Source of the DNA: Setoptus koraiensis
Lineage: Eukaryota; Animalia; Arthropoda
Length of the DNA stretch: 64,000 nt
Direction: 5' to 3'
NCBI GenBank assembly: GCA_048013815.1
Contig: CM106585.1
Location: 1,798,001-1,862,000 of the forward strand
Under the pieces are notes generated by a model. It was not told the origin of the DNA. It was given only the letters and a program-made list of their open reading frames with translations, and did no database searches. The stretch's first letter is position 1. Every line of letters begins with the position of its first letter. A program made the translations under genes and the position numbers. Below are positions 12,401 to 24,882 of this stretch, in pieces.

Positions 12401-15400
12401 ACCGTCCGGATTAATGGTGGGCACAGCGATGTGTCCGTCGGCCACAACTTGACCGCCCTCGCGCACCTCAAACTGACCAGTGGCCTCCTCTATGCGCACC
12501 AGCAGCTCAATGGGCGCTGAGCCCAATATTGTCGCTCTGTACAGTCTAACATTGTTGAATTCCACGGGCACCAATATGGCCTCGCCTGTGTTACGTAACG
12601 GCGAATTGCCCACCTTGTCCTTGGTGAGCGAAAACGAACGCCAAACAAGATACAGGTAACCGGTGGCCGGAAATAGCACTCTGCCGTCGACGCAATGACC
12701 GGCCAGGTATTTGTCTGACTCGTCGATAAGATCAAATTTGACTCTGGTCTCGCAGGGTGGCTTTCGGAACGCTTCAGGATATTTAGCAACGTGAAACTTT
12801 TGGTTGTGATTCCATTTTAGTAGCGACGACAGCGACGCGGTGCCCTTGGCAACCGGAAGCTGCACCTTGGGATACAGGTTGTTCAATTTCATGGCCGATC
12901 CGTGCTGATACAGTTGACCGATGCCGGTCAGCAGTGACTTGACGCTGCCGTCCATTCGTTTCATGAAGGTGACATAGTTCAAATTGGTCAGATATTTTTG
13001 TTTCAGTATGGGCTGGAACAGTCCGTGCGGTCCTATCTCTATAACGATGGAACTTTGGTCCATAAAAGCAAGCGCTTCGCTAAATTTCACCTGCGAACAC
13101 AAATTGTCAATGAAATAGTTGGGGCCAACTTCGAAGGGCGGTATTACAACCGGCTGACCAGTGGCCATAATCTGCCTGCTGCGTGTGCTCTGTTCGGCCT
13201 TGTCCAGTGGTAATTTTGCCTTGACAAACGGAGTCGCGATCAGTGTACTGATCCACTTGTTGTTTCGCATACTCGTTGTTGTTTTGCCGTTTTGTCCAAA
13301 TATCTTTTGAACGCATTGTTGCATCTCTTTCTCCAATTGTCTCAATGAGCTATTGTGGAAGGCAGTTTTAACATCAACAATTCGTCTGGCGTACACACTG
13401 TCCTCGGTGAGCATGTCCAGCATGGCGTCCAATTGTTTGCGCTCACCGGATATGGTGACCGACTCGTCGCCGTTGTGACAAGCAATCTCCAGTGTGCACA
13501 CGGCTTGCGCGCCAAATTCCTTAACGAATGGTCCCGCTTTAAATTGATCCAAATACTGGCGAGCCGACTCGAGGCTGAGACTGGCCGACGCCATGGCGCC
13601 CCCGTGATACTTGGCCTCGTCTATTGGCTTGGCCAGATAATAGGCCAGTTTGATTGTTTCGGCCTTGGTCAGCAGACCGTCGGCGTACGCGCACGAAATC
13701 TCACCGATGGAGTGACCGACAATGCCGTCCGGTTTCACTTCGAGCAATTTCAGCAAGTCAATTAGAGCGATTTGTATGGCGACAATGCCCGTGAACAGAT
13801 TCACAACATTTGCATCGAAAACGTTCTTGTTTGTGTTTGTCAGCGTGTCCACCAGGTCGACGTCAAACTGTTTCAGTTCGCTGGCCAGCTCCTTTATGGT
13901 GGCCCAAACGGGCGTAAATGTCAACAATTGTTTGCCCATGCCCTTCCATTGGCAGCCCAAACCGGGCAATATGAACCAAATTGGGCGCGAAAAGTCCTGA
14001 TAATGGGGAAATTTCTTGTCCATTATTTTGCGCGTTTCCTCTTTGTTTGTGTTGCTGGCGTAAATTGATTCATTTTGAACGGACGACAACCGTTTCCACG
14101 ATTGACTGTAGTCCTCGATGGACGTAACAGACTGGGCCAGTTCGTTGAAGTCGTTGTCTATGAGCAAATATCCGCGATAATTCATGAGCCTGTCTATGGG
14201 GCCCTCGTTGATGCTGTCAATGAGCGCCAACAGGTCCTTGGTGAGGATCTTTTTGGCCTTTGTTTTGAGCTCGTCGAAGGCGTACTCAACAGCCTGTTGA
14301 GAGCGTCCGAACATGCACACGAGCCGCGGATAATCGGGCGCAATGTTGAAATCGTTTTGATGGTCAATGCGACGGGCCTCTGATTTGAAAATTCCGTGCA
14401 CGTTGACACCACCAAATCCGTAACAATTCATTGGAATGAGATTGTGCCGAAACGGTACATTGTCAATGACGGGCTTAATGCGACCCTCTAACAGCGGACG
14501 AATATTTGGATTTGGTTTGTTGAAATGCAAATTCTTGGGCAACATCTCGTTCTCGAATGTGCAAATAACCTTTGCTAGCGAACACAAACCGCTGACGCCC
14601 TCGGCGTGGCCCATGTTACTCTTGACACTGCCTATGAGTAGCGGTTCGCTTCTGTTTTCGCAATACACCTTTGCAATGGCTCGCGCCTCCTCGGGATCGC
14701 CCGCGGGCGTTCCAGTTCCGTGCGCCTCAACATAAACAATGTCGCGCGGATCAACGCCGGCCTCAACAATGGCCTCGCTCATGAGCGCCTCTTGTGCGGC
14801 CGACGACGGATAAGTGATGCCCTCAATTTTGAAGCCGTCGTTGTTACATTTAGTGTGCACTATAGCGGCATACAAGCGCTTGCTAAGATCCTTTCGTTGT
14901 AACACAACCGAAACGCAAGCTTCGGTTTTTGCGTAACCGTCCGCGCTAGCGTCCAAAAATTTACTTGATCCTGTGGGCGACAACATCTGCAACAGAAGAA
15001 ACTGATACGCCGTACCTGGTCGAACGCTTATGTTGACACCGCAAACGATGGCCGTGTCAATGTAGCCCGCTTTCAAATTGGTGACGGCCTGATGGAAGGC
15101 AGCAAACGATGAGGCACAAGCGGCATCGTACGAGCCAGCGTGCCCCTGAAAATCAAAATAATTTGTTATGGCGGTCAGTAGTTGCGATTGGTAGCCGGTT
15201 GTCTTGAAATGGGGCTTCTCATTGAATTCATTCTCCACCTCGTTAGTGTGAAATCCGAAGAATATTCCTGTTCGTTTGTCGCCTCGGGCAGCGGCCGGAT
15301 TAATGCCCGCGTCCAGCAATGATTCGTACACGACCTCGTAGAGGGCACGCAGTTGATGATCGGTATAGTCTGCCTGTTCTTTGGGTATGTTGAAGAATTC

Positions 15401-16354
15401 GTTATCGAAACGCGATACATCCTTTAGTCTGGCCGCTCGCTGGGGCAAGTCCCACAGACCTGTTCGCGCGTTTTGTTGCCGTTATCATCAGCCGTCATCA
15501 TCAGCCGTCATCATCAGCCGTCATTGCAGTTATGTTTGTCGTTGTTGCAGAAGTCGTTTTGGTTGTTGTTAAAATTGTCGTGTGTCGTGTTCGTTGTGTT
15601 GTTTTGGCGGTCATTTTTGGTTGCATCACCGGTTTGCGGTGTCATTTGGAGGCCAGGGTGAGTGGGGAGAAGATCGATTCAAATCTAGTTAGAGCACTGA
15701 ACACGCAAGCGACCTCACTGGCCTGGCGCGTCGCTAAATCTCGAGACCTGATCATGTTATTGCGCGACGAGCCAGATTTTAGATTGATTCAGCATCGTCC
15801 AATTGCAACTGGATATTTCGGCACCTAGTTGTAACTGGCGCGGGCCTCTCACGTCGAGCGGCAATCGCGCGAGCTCTCGATCGAGCAATTTTTAAAATCA
15901 TCGTCTCGAATCATCGTCTCGAAGCATCAAATCATAAAATCGTCGCACGAACTTTTCATGAAACTTTTCAATGCGGCCTTTTCAACTGCAATAACGAGCC
16001 ATACTCACCTAGAGGCCAACGTTTGTCGTCCGGTCCCGTTACCATGTCGTGTCCGTTTTTAAGATTATCCCATAGTTCGTTCATGTTGTCGGCGGCAGGA
16101 AATCTGCCGGCGATACCACTCACACCAAAGCCAGTATCAGGTATATCAACAGGTTTCATATCCAAATAATAGTCTGCCAACTCATGTAGAGTTTTATCAC
16201 TGAACTGTACGATCACTTCTGATTGGGCCCCATCTTGATCGCTGTTTGGGGTCGTATTTTGAGTCGTTGTTTCATTTTGTTGTTGAGTTTGTTGCGCTTG
16301 CAACGGCTGGCTTGCCGGCCGTTGCAGCTGCTGTCCGGATGATGACACAGACAT
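6424..16354 (-). CDS. FASN: Type I fatty acid synthase (KS-MAT-DH-psiMT/psiKR-ER-KR-ACP-TE), ~3074 aa; exons 16354-16009, 15459-6713, 6555-6424
   Basis: KS (DAACASS, EAHGTGT, KSNMGH), MAT (GHSIGE), DH (LAGHCVDGRVLFPATGY), ER (HSGSGGVG), KR (TGGLGGFG, NYGYAN), ACP (LGLDSLM), TE (GYSFG, LLDGSP, and GNH in the last spliced exon). Junctions WPLG|LWDLPQR and GLSK|IVRG are GT-AG; total 9225 nt. Confidence 0.95.
15478..15524. repeat. 13-bp tandem repeat (gccgtcatcatca) x~3.5 in FAS intron 1
   Basis: Read directly from sequence. Confidence 0.9.
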
Positions 16355-16951
16355 TGTTTGTCTATATATAAACAATTGTATTGTTACAACAAGGGGGGAT
16401 CTTCAGATCGTCACAATATAATTGAGCTCATATATGATTGCTTATTACCTAATGTCTTTCTCTGTAGATAAATGAAGAAAAAGGCTCATAGGTTGTTGTG
16501 TGTGTTGATGATAGGAAATTGGAGGTATTCTTGTTATAGTTGATGCTGATCATATAAACAGATAGATAGATAGATAGATGTAGATAGATGGTGCAACTTT
16601 TCTTCTCGATGGTAGCAATTTATTGCTGGCGCCGCAATTTGTTGTTGCTGCTGCAATTTGTTGTTGAGGCTAAAGTTGACAAGAGAGAGAAAAAGTTTTT
16701 TAAAACTTTTGTCAGTCGTTTTCTCTTTGCATCTTGTATAACAGTCTTTGTCTTTGCTCTACAAATAATAATGATGATTAAACTTGTCGATTGTCATTGA
16801 TTGTGTTAACTAGATAATTATATTTTTGAAACTTTTGCTATTTACTACAAATAAAAAAAAACTATTATATTACTACTAATAATATTCTAAATTTGGCCTT
16901 ATGTTAGATATGTATGATATGATATGATGATTTCCACTAATGCATAGATAC

Positions 16952-17072
<121 letters not shown>

Positions 17073-17514
17073 TGTGTAAATAGGAATAGGAATAGATAGT
17101 TTGAGATAGAGATTGAGATTGAGAGAGAAAAAGAAAGAAAGAGAAATGATCTCAAAAAGAATAGAATTCTTTTTCGAGGAAGTATATCCCCAAGTGTGAG
17201 TGAGTGTGTGTGTGTGTGTGTGTATGATATGGATAGCACTAGTGGCAGTAGCACAAGTGATAATTAAGACACACTTGTTGTAGTTATTGTTGTCGTCGTC
17301 GTCGTCGCTGTCGTCAATGTTATTGTTGCCGAGTTGTTGTCGTCGTCGTCGTCGTCGCTGTTGTTGTTGGTTAGACGAGCGCTCACACTTACACGCACAA
17401 TAGACTGAATATATGGACGTTTCACGTCACCTGTCCAAACGCCGTCTATATATGACTAGACTGTGTGTGTGTGTCGGTGTGTGTGTGTGTGTGTGTGCGT
17501 GTGCGTGTCTTTCA

Positions 17515-18530
17515 CTGGTAGTTAATCTATATGCAATGACGATATTTGTCAAGATTGATTTGTTGTAAGACTATCCCCGCCGCTTCTAAAATCCACTATT
17601 GGTGGTATATACAACGCAAACAAGTGCAAGGCAGCCTCGGCACCAACACAACAAGCATCGGCGGCGGCGGCGGCAACAGGTTGTTAGTTTATGGCTGATA
17701 CAACAGCAACAGCAGCAACAACAACAACGAGAGCAACAGCAGCAGCAGCACAAGCAACGCCAAAGAAGTCTATAGAGAGGTGGAGGTGGTGGTTGACTTT
17801 GTTTGTGCCAGCGTCTAACCAGCTAGCTAGCCAGCAATTAAGTAGAGTCGACGAGGTAAAGTCCAATAGAGTTCTTGCGCTGCCTATATGAGCCATATAA
17901 GCCGAATTAGTTGTGTGTGTGTGTGTGTGTGTGTTAGCCCGACTATTAGTTGTAATAGTTGGTTGTATTTGTTAGTTTGTTTGGTAGGCCAACGGCTCTT
18001 GTTGCAGGCGTGTGTGTGTGTGTGTGTGTGACTCATTTATTTCTGCCAATTCTCTGCCAACTTATCCGCGGATTCGAAGAAGCCAGCGAAGAGCCTGCGA
18101 GCCATCGAAGAGCCGCCGAGCCAGCGAAGAGCCGCCGAGCCGGAGAAGAGCCGGCGAGCCATTGAGCGGTGTCGTTAGCTAATGTGCATGCATTTGTCAA
18201 TTGGCGAGTTAGCCAGCGAGTTGGCGGCTAGATAAGGCATGAATATGGATATGGATATACAAATATGAATATGGACAACACTCTCTCACAATGGACCGAA
18301 TCAGCGCAGCCAGTTCGGCCGACAACGGAGCGGTGGAACTGGAGAAAAATGGGGATAGCCAAGCGAGTTGCTATTCTGCACACATGACTAGTTACCGCCG
18401 GCCGGTCGCTAGTGCTCGCCGGCGCTTCAACTGTGTAAATATGTGTATTATATGTGGCTCATCGTTGCTCATATGACCATATGTAACTATTGCAGCGAAC
18501 AACTCACCTGGTCGAACACACACACACAAC
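17515..18530 (-). pseudogene. Degenerate ABCC remnant (NBD1 start plus NBD2 end), interrupted by microsatellites
   Basis: VRPGELFAAIVTYG (pre-Walker A of NBD1, ORF 18392-18574) and QLAWL (SQEPWI), then IVDFRSGGDSL (NVDPETDKF) and TNIVIAYRLTT (TVLTIAHRLNT), in the correct order. Confidence 0.55.
18078..18162. repeat. Imperfect ~19-bp tandem repeat (gaagagccgccgagccagc) x~4
   Basis: Read directly. Confidence 0.75.
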
Positions 18531-19089
18531 TGGATCACCTCAACTTGAAGCTCTGAGAAGCTCAACTTGCTCACCTTTCCACCCCCTTCGAGCGCTCATG
18601 AACTGAGCTCGGCGACACACACACGCTCGAGCAGCTATCGCCGCCGTCGCTGATGAGCTTGCCAGCGCCGACGAGCTTGCCAGCGCCGATGAGCTCGCCA
18701 ACGGGACAGAGCCGCGCCAGAGACGGCCAGAGATCGTTATCGTCGTGAGTCTGAAAATAGTCGCCCATACGAAGAGCATTCGTTCACCTGTTCGCCAAGC
18801 TTCGTCAAGCTAACTGTGGCCAGGTGAGAGGAGCGTCTAACTGAGAGTGTAACGGGGAGGAGCGATTGCCGTTGTTGATTATTGTATCAATGCAGTTAAT
18901 TCATAACTGTACTGGCATGAAACCACTGTTATATTTAGATAAATGGTACTATTTATATTGCATGATAGTCATAGTGAGTCTGGCACTCACTTGTTAACAG
19001 CAACAACCTGTTATTGGCCATTGGTACCGTTGGCGTCCACTCAATAGGCGCCAACGCCAATGATGTTGCCCAAATAGTTGCCCAAACCC

Positions 19090-19260
19090 CATCTAGGCGA
19101 CCGACCAACAACCTGTTCCAGCATCCAATGTCTTGAATCTTGTATCATGCGGCGGTATAATATTCAAGGCTGACTCATCACTAATAACGGTCCATCTGTG
19201 TCCAACTAAACTGTTCATTTCTCTCTATATCATGCAAGCTAATGTAACCAACAAAACCTC
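19090..19260. repeat. Non-coding block B, paralogous to 28685-28880
   Basis: Shared exact words atattcaaggctga (19160-19173 / 28746-28759) and atcactaataac (19177-19188 / 28805-28816), plus atctaggc and caacctg, in the same order. Confidence 0.75.
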
Positions 19261-19435
19261 ATTATGATATATACATGACTGGGATAGACTCACCTGAGTT
19301 ACTGGCAACTTCGCAGACGCTTCGTAGTAAAAATGCCCCTTGCTTACGCTAAACTGATCACATGAGATCACATGAGATCAGCACACTTATCATTATAAAC
19401 TCGTATACTAAGTACAAAATAATGATTATCGATGA

Positions 19436-20310
19436 TTATTGCATGAGAACTAGGCAAGCAAAGGATCCTTGTCGAATACAAGCAGATCGAATCAAGGCTC
19501 CTTTGCTCGCCGAGTTCTCATGCGAACTCCTGCTCACATTGCCGTTCCTCAGCTGGGCGAGGGCAAGGTCGACGAGGTCCCAGAAAATAAATGAAGATTG
19601 AACTTGAATATCTTGCATTTTCAGGCTGTTATAAGTTATAACTCGTAACAAGATCTCGTGATGAAACACACACAACTGGAGCTTTCGTCTGACAAACTTG
19701 AGACTCTCGTCTGACGAACTCGAGACTTTCGAGTCGAGAGTGCGCCCGAATCGGAGTATCTCGAGGCGGAAGCAACATTCACCAACGATGAAGCCAATAA
19801 AGTCGTTCGAATAGTTTGAGCAGACCGCGCGCGTCTGATCATCAGATTCTGATGACACCTTTTGTGATTGCATCTTCAATGCGACTAGATCAACGAGACA
19901 AGTTTTGTTTTGCATTCGTTTCAACGATTGCGAATATACGTAAATATTGTAAAGTAAACTAAATAAAAAATAGCTTCTAATTCGTAAGAGCTCGCGGATG
20001 AAGCTTTTTTGTCGCTACTGTCGTTACTGTCCAATCGATCAGTGCGAAATGTATCAAATCAAGATTGCTCGCATAAATTCAATTGCCAGAGGATATAATT
20101 TGTTTGGCATAGAGCAAGTAGAGAACACTGTTGGCACTTTTGGAATTTGGCAACTGGCGTCACAGTGTGAGGACATTCTTTTAGGATATTATTATATCTG
20201 ATACAATTGTGATCAAATGTGTGCTTTGCAACAGCCCAATCAACAACCGACAATGGATTCACTAGTAGATGAATCCATTGGCAGTGTGCGCCATAATACA
20301 CGGCTGTAGC
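19436..20310 (-). pseudogene. ABCC pseudogene: NBD1 fragment (20059-20301) directly followed by NBD2 fragment (19436-19924); TMD2 deleted
   Basis: YYGAHCQWIHLLVNPLSVVDWAVAKHTFDHNCIR vs [30 protein letters not shown], with clear DNA identity to 31540-31620 (tcaaat.tgtgctttgcaacagc..aatcaac..ccgacaatggat). NBD2: KTCLVDL (KTLGLADL), Y...LDSKVS in exact register with Y...LDAKLN, RRKLQLC (QRQLIC). Confidence 0.85.
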
Positions 20311-20611
20311 GGCATCAGTGGAGTTGTTGCAGCACTGGTGGTATGGTATTCACAAGACTCATTGCCTTTTTTAAAAACACACACTGTTGTGTATTTACGA
20401 GACTCACCTGTTATCAGCGGTGGAACAACCTGTTGTTGGAGCGTCACCAGTGGCGAGCTCAAGTGGCGGACTCATTCGCTAAATGCTCCAATCTCTACTC
20501 ACAATTGACTTTGTTTGCGGCCAAACTTGCTGTATCACTGCTGGCACTTGATATTGGTGGTGATGGTATCGTGAGCTGGTTGCGTTAAGTCATTTATATA
20601 TATATTTATAT

Positions 20612-20810
20612 ATAATGAGATGACATGAGACCAGGTGAGTTAGCGCCACTAGAGAAGAAATGATATTGTCAGCCGCTAGAGCGAGTTTGTGGCGCTGCCG
20701 CCGCCGCCGCTTGAGTCGGCTAGACACACAACTCTGATAACTTGATAATTAGCGATGCATCGGCCATAACGAGCAGCCAATGGCTGGCGACTTGGGTCAG
20801 CTCACACAAG
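20612..20810. repeat. Non-coding block A, paralogous to 28401-28640
   Basis: ataatgagatgacatgagaccaggtgag (20612-20639) vs 28401-28428 is 26/28 identical; cttgataattagcgatgc (20741-20758) vs 28569-28586 is 18/18; ttagcgcca and gagcgagttt are also shared in order. Confidence 0.85.
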
Positions 20811-21012
20811 TCGCCAGTTGTCAGTGAAACGCTATGTTGGCGCCTTCGAAATTCGAACGCACCGATGAGCGATCTAGACAGCGAACAACCCACACTCACC
20901 CCGACTCATCGATCGATCTCTAGCTGGTTATATATATATATTTCGGTTAGTTGGTCTCACATGATCGTCGTCTTCAACCGACGATGTTGCCTCATCTTGG
21001 CTGGTCTCATCT

Positions 21013-21120
21013 CGTTTCATTTCATCGCATTTCATCGCATTTCGTTGCATTTCATCGCATAGCATCGCATTGCATCGCATTGCATCGCATTGCATCGCAT
21101 CGCATCGCATCGCATCGCAT
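21013..21120. repeat. (catcg/cattg/cattt)n pentamer-based tandem repeat
   Basis: Read directly. Confidence 0.9.
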
Positions 21121-21989
21121 GAGTTATCGAGACGGCGAGTTGGTTACATATTGCATATTACACATTTTAGCTGTGAGCATGTCGTCAGCATTTGTTAGCC
21201 ACTAACCGCCAACTAGCGGACTTAACATGACCCAATTCTAGCACATATATAATCAGAATGAAGCCACTGCCATCCGCTTCTATGAATGGCAACTCCGGGT
21301 CTTGATGAGCTTGCGGTGGGTTAGTCTAACCATGCAAACATTTAATATCAGGTGATGGATTACATTTTGCTTCAGACCCGACACACAGCGGCGACCATGA
21401 TGAATTCACTGAATTTACTGAGTTTACCACAATATCGCATGCGATAATATAACGGTCATATAACGGCCGTCACAAGCCGATATTTGTTACACACTTGAGC
21501 ATGTCATTTACAGTTGCATCATGCACCATGTCAATGTCTCTATGTCACACCAATTAGATCCTGGCCAAGTGAATATTTAATTAATATTCATTTTCTTTCA
21601 ACTCGGTGTGTGTGTGTGGCCTAGTAAGTGGTTTCGCAGTTTCTGTGTCGATCGTCAAGTTATAGTAATGGTCAACAATGGTAAACTTGACCACATGACA
21701 CGAGCCGCAATTGAGAAAGCGACAAGATGAGTTTGTCAACATGACATTTGAGCTGACAAACTCATATTTACAACTCATATTCATAACTCTTATTTATGAA
21801 TCCATCAACTGCGCGATGAAAGCGACGGGCCACTTGATCGAAAGCTAATTCGATATTTCGATATTTCGATATTTGAACGTTGCTCGCAAGGTAACTCATC
21901 ATGGCGACATGAGCCAATTGTTGCAAAATTGTCATGCTGTTCGGATGTCCCATTCGGCTCTATGGGATCTATGGGCTCTATGCCCATCG

Positions 21990-22500
21990 TAGAGGCTCTA
22001 TGCGCGATAGTGACATGCTTTCGAAGCGGCCCTCGACAAGCCAACAGCCGAGCAAGCTGCCGCGTGACAATAACTTCGTCGTATAAGTCAATAAGTTATT
22101 GTCACCTTGTTGTCAATTTGTGACCGTGACTTACTGATTACTCCCTAATCAGCTGACATATCATACTGCATGGCGAGAGAGCGAGAGAGAGCGAGCAAGG
22201 CCGAGGGCCAAATTGAAATTGACGGCGCCACCAAATTGGCAAGTGGCCATTGGTTGGCATGCCGATAGTTTCAAGACCAGGTATCGCAATTGCCAGTTAG
22301 TGGCAGCAATAAAGCCCGCAATATAATGCCCGCAATAGTGATAATAATAGTAATGATAATAGCAATGATGACAGCAATGATAATACTAATAATAATAGTA
22401 GTAATAATAATAATAATAATGGTAATAACAGTGACGAGTCTTTTCCATCGTGACGTAGCGGTTGCCCGGTTGCTATCATGACAAAAGCTACGGCCGGCTC
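21990..22500 (-). pseudogene. Probable ABCC remnant (NBD1 Walker A region plus NBD2 H-loop)
   Basis: FVMIATGQ...GKDSSLL (MVIVGRVGSGKSSVL) upstream of IDLYDEV...HVTIAHRASTM (ILILDEA...VLTIAHRLNTIM). Short motifs only. Confidence 0.4.
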
Positions 22501-23084
22501 AACGGTGCGCTCTTGGCAGACGCTTCGAATCGGATCGGTTCGGTTAGGATTTAGTGGAAGCCGATTTAAGCGGGCGAAAGCGAGCCGAACCCAAACGAAC
22601 GCTTCTTTTCTCGTTGGCAATCATGCTATTTGTGTGTTTGTGTGTGTTCAAGAGCATTCATGCATAAGCTCGGCCGCCGTTGGCTCTCGTCGAGCTCGCT
22701 GGCCGCTCTTATCGCCCGGCTCTGTTATCCAGCAGCGAACGGCACCAACGCGACGACGACGACGACGACGACGACAGCAGCAGCAGCAAAAAAGCAAATT
22801 TTAAAACTTCTCAAACAACTCATGCCACCGTATCCAACAGTGTGTGCGCTTATTACCATACACTGGCTCAGGCAGCCACTCGGTGGCTACAATTGCCACT
22901 CAGGTAGCCGGGTATCGGTCGATAGATAGAGTTTGAGAGAATTGTCACCAGAGCGAACGCGAATAATACGAATAAGAAGAAGAAGAAGACGCGACGGTGA
23001 TCCAACGATCATGTTGGCGTCGTTTGTGCCATTATCAGTGCACAGCAACAGCACATCTCGTTGTGAGCAACAGCGACTAGCCTT

Positions 23085-23145
23085 GCCATCACACAGGCGA
23101 GCCATCACACAGGTGAGCCATCACACAGGTGAGCCAGCTCACCTG
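23085..23145. repeat. 16-bp tandem repeat gccatcacacagg(c/t)ga x3, carrying CAGGTG E-boxes plus an adjacent CACCTG
   Basis: Read directly. Regulatory role is inference only. Confidence 0.85.
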
Positions 23146-24329
23146 TACGGCAAGCGTGGCTCGAGAGTTGGTGGCGATAATGAGACTGCACCGAACCGCA
23201 TTGAACAGGTATTCTCAATGGGCTTCGTTTCCGGCTGTCGGCTCTTGGATCTCGCCCCTCGTCTGTCGCCTGACGCGTCGCGTCGGCTCGCGTCGCGTTT
23301 CTCGCTCGCGCGACGCGACGCTCCCTTCGCCAAGGAAACAGAAATAATAATCAGGCAAGAATAATGATCATCGTCTATAACTATTATCATTACTATTACT
23401 TCTTTTCTATTATGGTTATTACATCTGTTGCGTATCGTGACGTCTGCGATGGTCCTGGTCTTCTTCGTTGTTGGTTGTCGCTGTCGCTGTTGTTGTTGTC
23501 GCTGTCGCTGTTGTTGTTGTCGCTGTTGTCGTTGTTGTTGGCCGGGTTGGTTATTATTAACAATGATTGTTGGCGCGACGAAAAAGAGCGGGGTTTTTAC
23601 TTGGCTCGTCTTGCGTCGTCGTCACTGCTCTTATTATCATGTTGATAACTTTGTTTGGCTTCGTTCGTGTACGCTAACCAGCCAGCCAATGTCGAGTCGA
23701 GTGCCAGCCAGCGAACGGAGGGCGAATAGAAGGCGAGCCGAGGGCGACCAAATGGAGATGAAGAGCCAGATAAAAGAGTTAATAATAATCAGACGTTTGG
23801 TGGCTCGCTCGAGTGGCGTTCTGTCAGCGCGAGCGCTATTCTCGCATTTGAAATATTCTCAAATTGAACATTGACGAGCCAATATCATTCTCATTTCTCA
23901 CCCCATTACAACTTGTTGTGCCAGCCAGAGCACTTACCCGACTCGCTCTGTCGCTGTTGCGCGTCTCGCTCGACCCAGTGCCAGCCAAACTGGCTGAGCA
24001 AGCTTTTAAATGGTCTTGTATGATATTATGATGATATTATATGGTATTATATGATATTATATGATATATCTTGTATTTTAGATCGTGCATTTTATATTGC
24101 AGAGTGGGCAGAAGCGATTAATTAGAAACGAGAATTGACAGTCGCTCTCATGACGACATTATGTGATAAAGCGTCGTCGTCGTCGCTTGTTGTAGAGATT
24201 AGTTAGTAGGTCGCCAGCCAAAAATTGACAAGATGCCGGCCCATCAATTCTCAGCTATCATTAGCTATCATCTGCTGCCAATTGCGCGCTGCAAGATTGT
24301 ATTTTGCAGCAACAAAACTGTCACGCTGC

Positions 24330-24750
24330 CGACACGATAAAAGTGGCGTCTTGACATCTTCTTTTTAATTGAGCCAATCACTTTCGTTGCTCAATTCTGC
24401 CATCTCACTCAGCCAGTTCAATTGGCTTGATGTTCCACAGGCTTGATGTGATTCAATTGGCTCTCGGATGTAAAATGTTTGCTGGCGTGTTGTGTGCGAT
24501 TTACGGATGAAAATTTAGTTTTTCTTTAGCTGGTTACCATGCCGACGGGAGCCGCTTCTCACGCCATTGCGGCGTGTACTAATTAATCAGTCGACGCCGA
24601 GTTCGCGACGCCGACTGCCGGAACGATATGAATGGTTCATTGATACAAGTGCAAGTGTTTGCCCTTTGGTGACATAACTTAGAATCATGCCTGTTGTGTG
24701 TTGCGGATACAAGTTGCGCGCATCGAAGCGAACACACTTGAAAAGAACGC
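24330..24750 (-). pseudogene. Possible ABC NBD1 remnant
   Basis: VRFDARNLYP...YVTKGQTLALV (typical ABC NBD entry before Walker A), HAAMA*E (LSILGE), SSVNRTQHASKHF ([13 protein letters not shown]), colinear but weak. Confidence 0.35.
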
Positions 24751-24826
24751 TGATAAATTGCAACTCAACTATCGCCGGCCGAGATCGAATGGATCCGTCG
24801 ACTACCCATTCGATCGGGACATTGGG

Positions 24827-24882
24827 CAGTACCCATCGGACGCTGCCCATCGGACGCTGCCCATTGGACAGTACCCATCGGA
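24827..24882. repeat. 14-bp minisatellite c(a/g)(g/c)t(a/g)cccat(c/t)gga x4
   Basis: Units at 24827, 24841, 24855, 24869. Confidence 0.9.

Noticed and set aside
7308-15828. Many + strand and alternate-frame ORFs (60-140 aa) overlapping FAS
   Set aside because: Shadow ORFs of a GC-rich coding strand, with no recognisable motifs or splice support.
21240-21720. Weak ABCC-like words (IYVLELGHVK; CHVVKF) and partial similarity to 18917-18950
   Set aside because: Motifs are short and not convincingly colinear; left unassigned pending a profile search.
24640-24730. KGQTLALV identical to a P-glycoprotein (ABCB) NBD motif, suggesting a separate ABCB pseudogene
   Set aside because: Downstream motifs fit ABCC NBD1 and the local context is ABCC; one 8-mer cannot establish subfamily.
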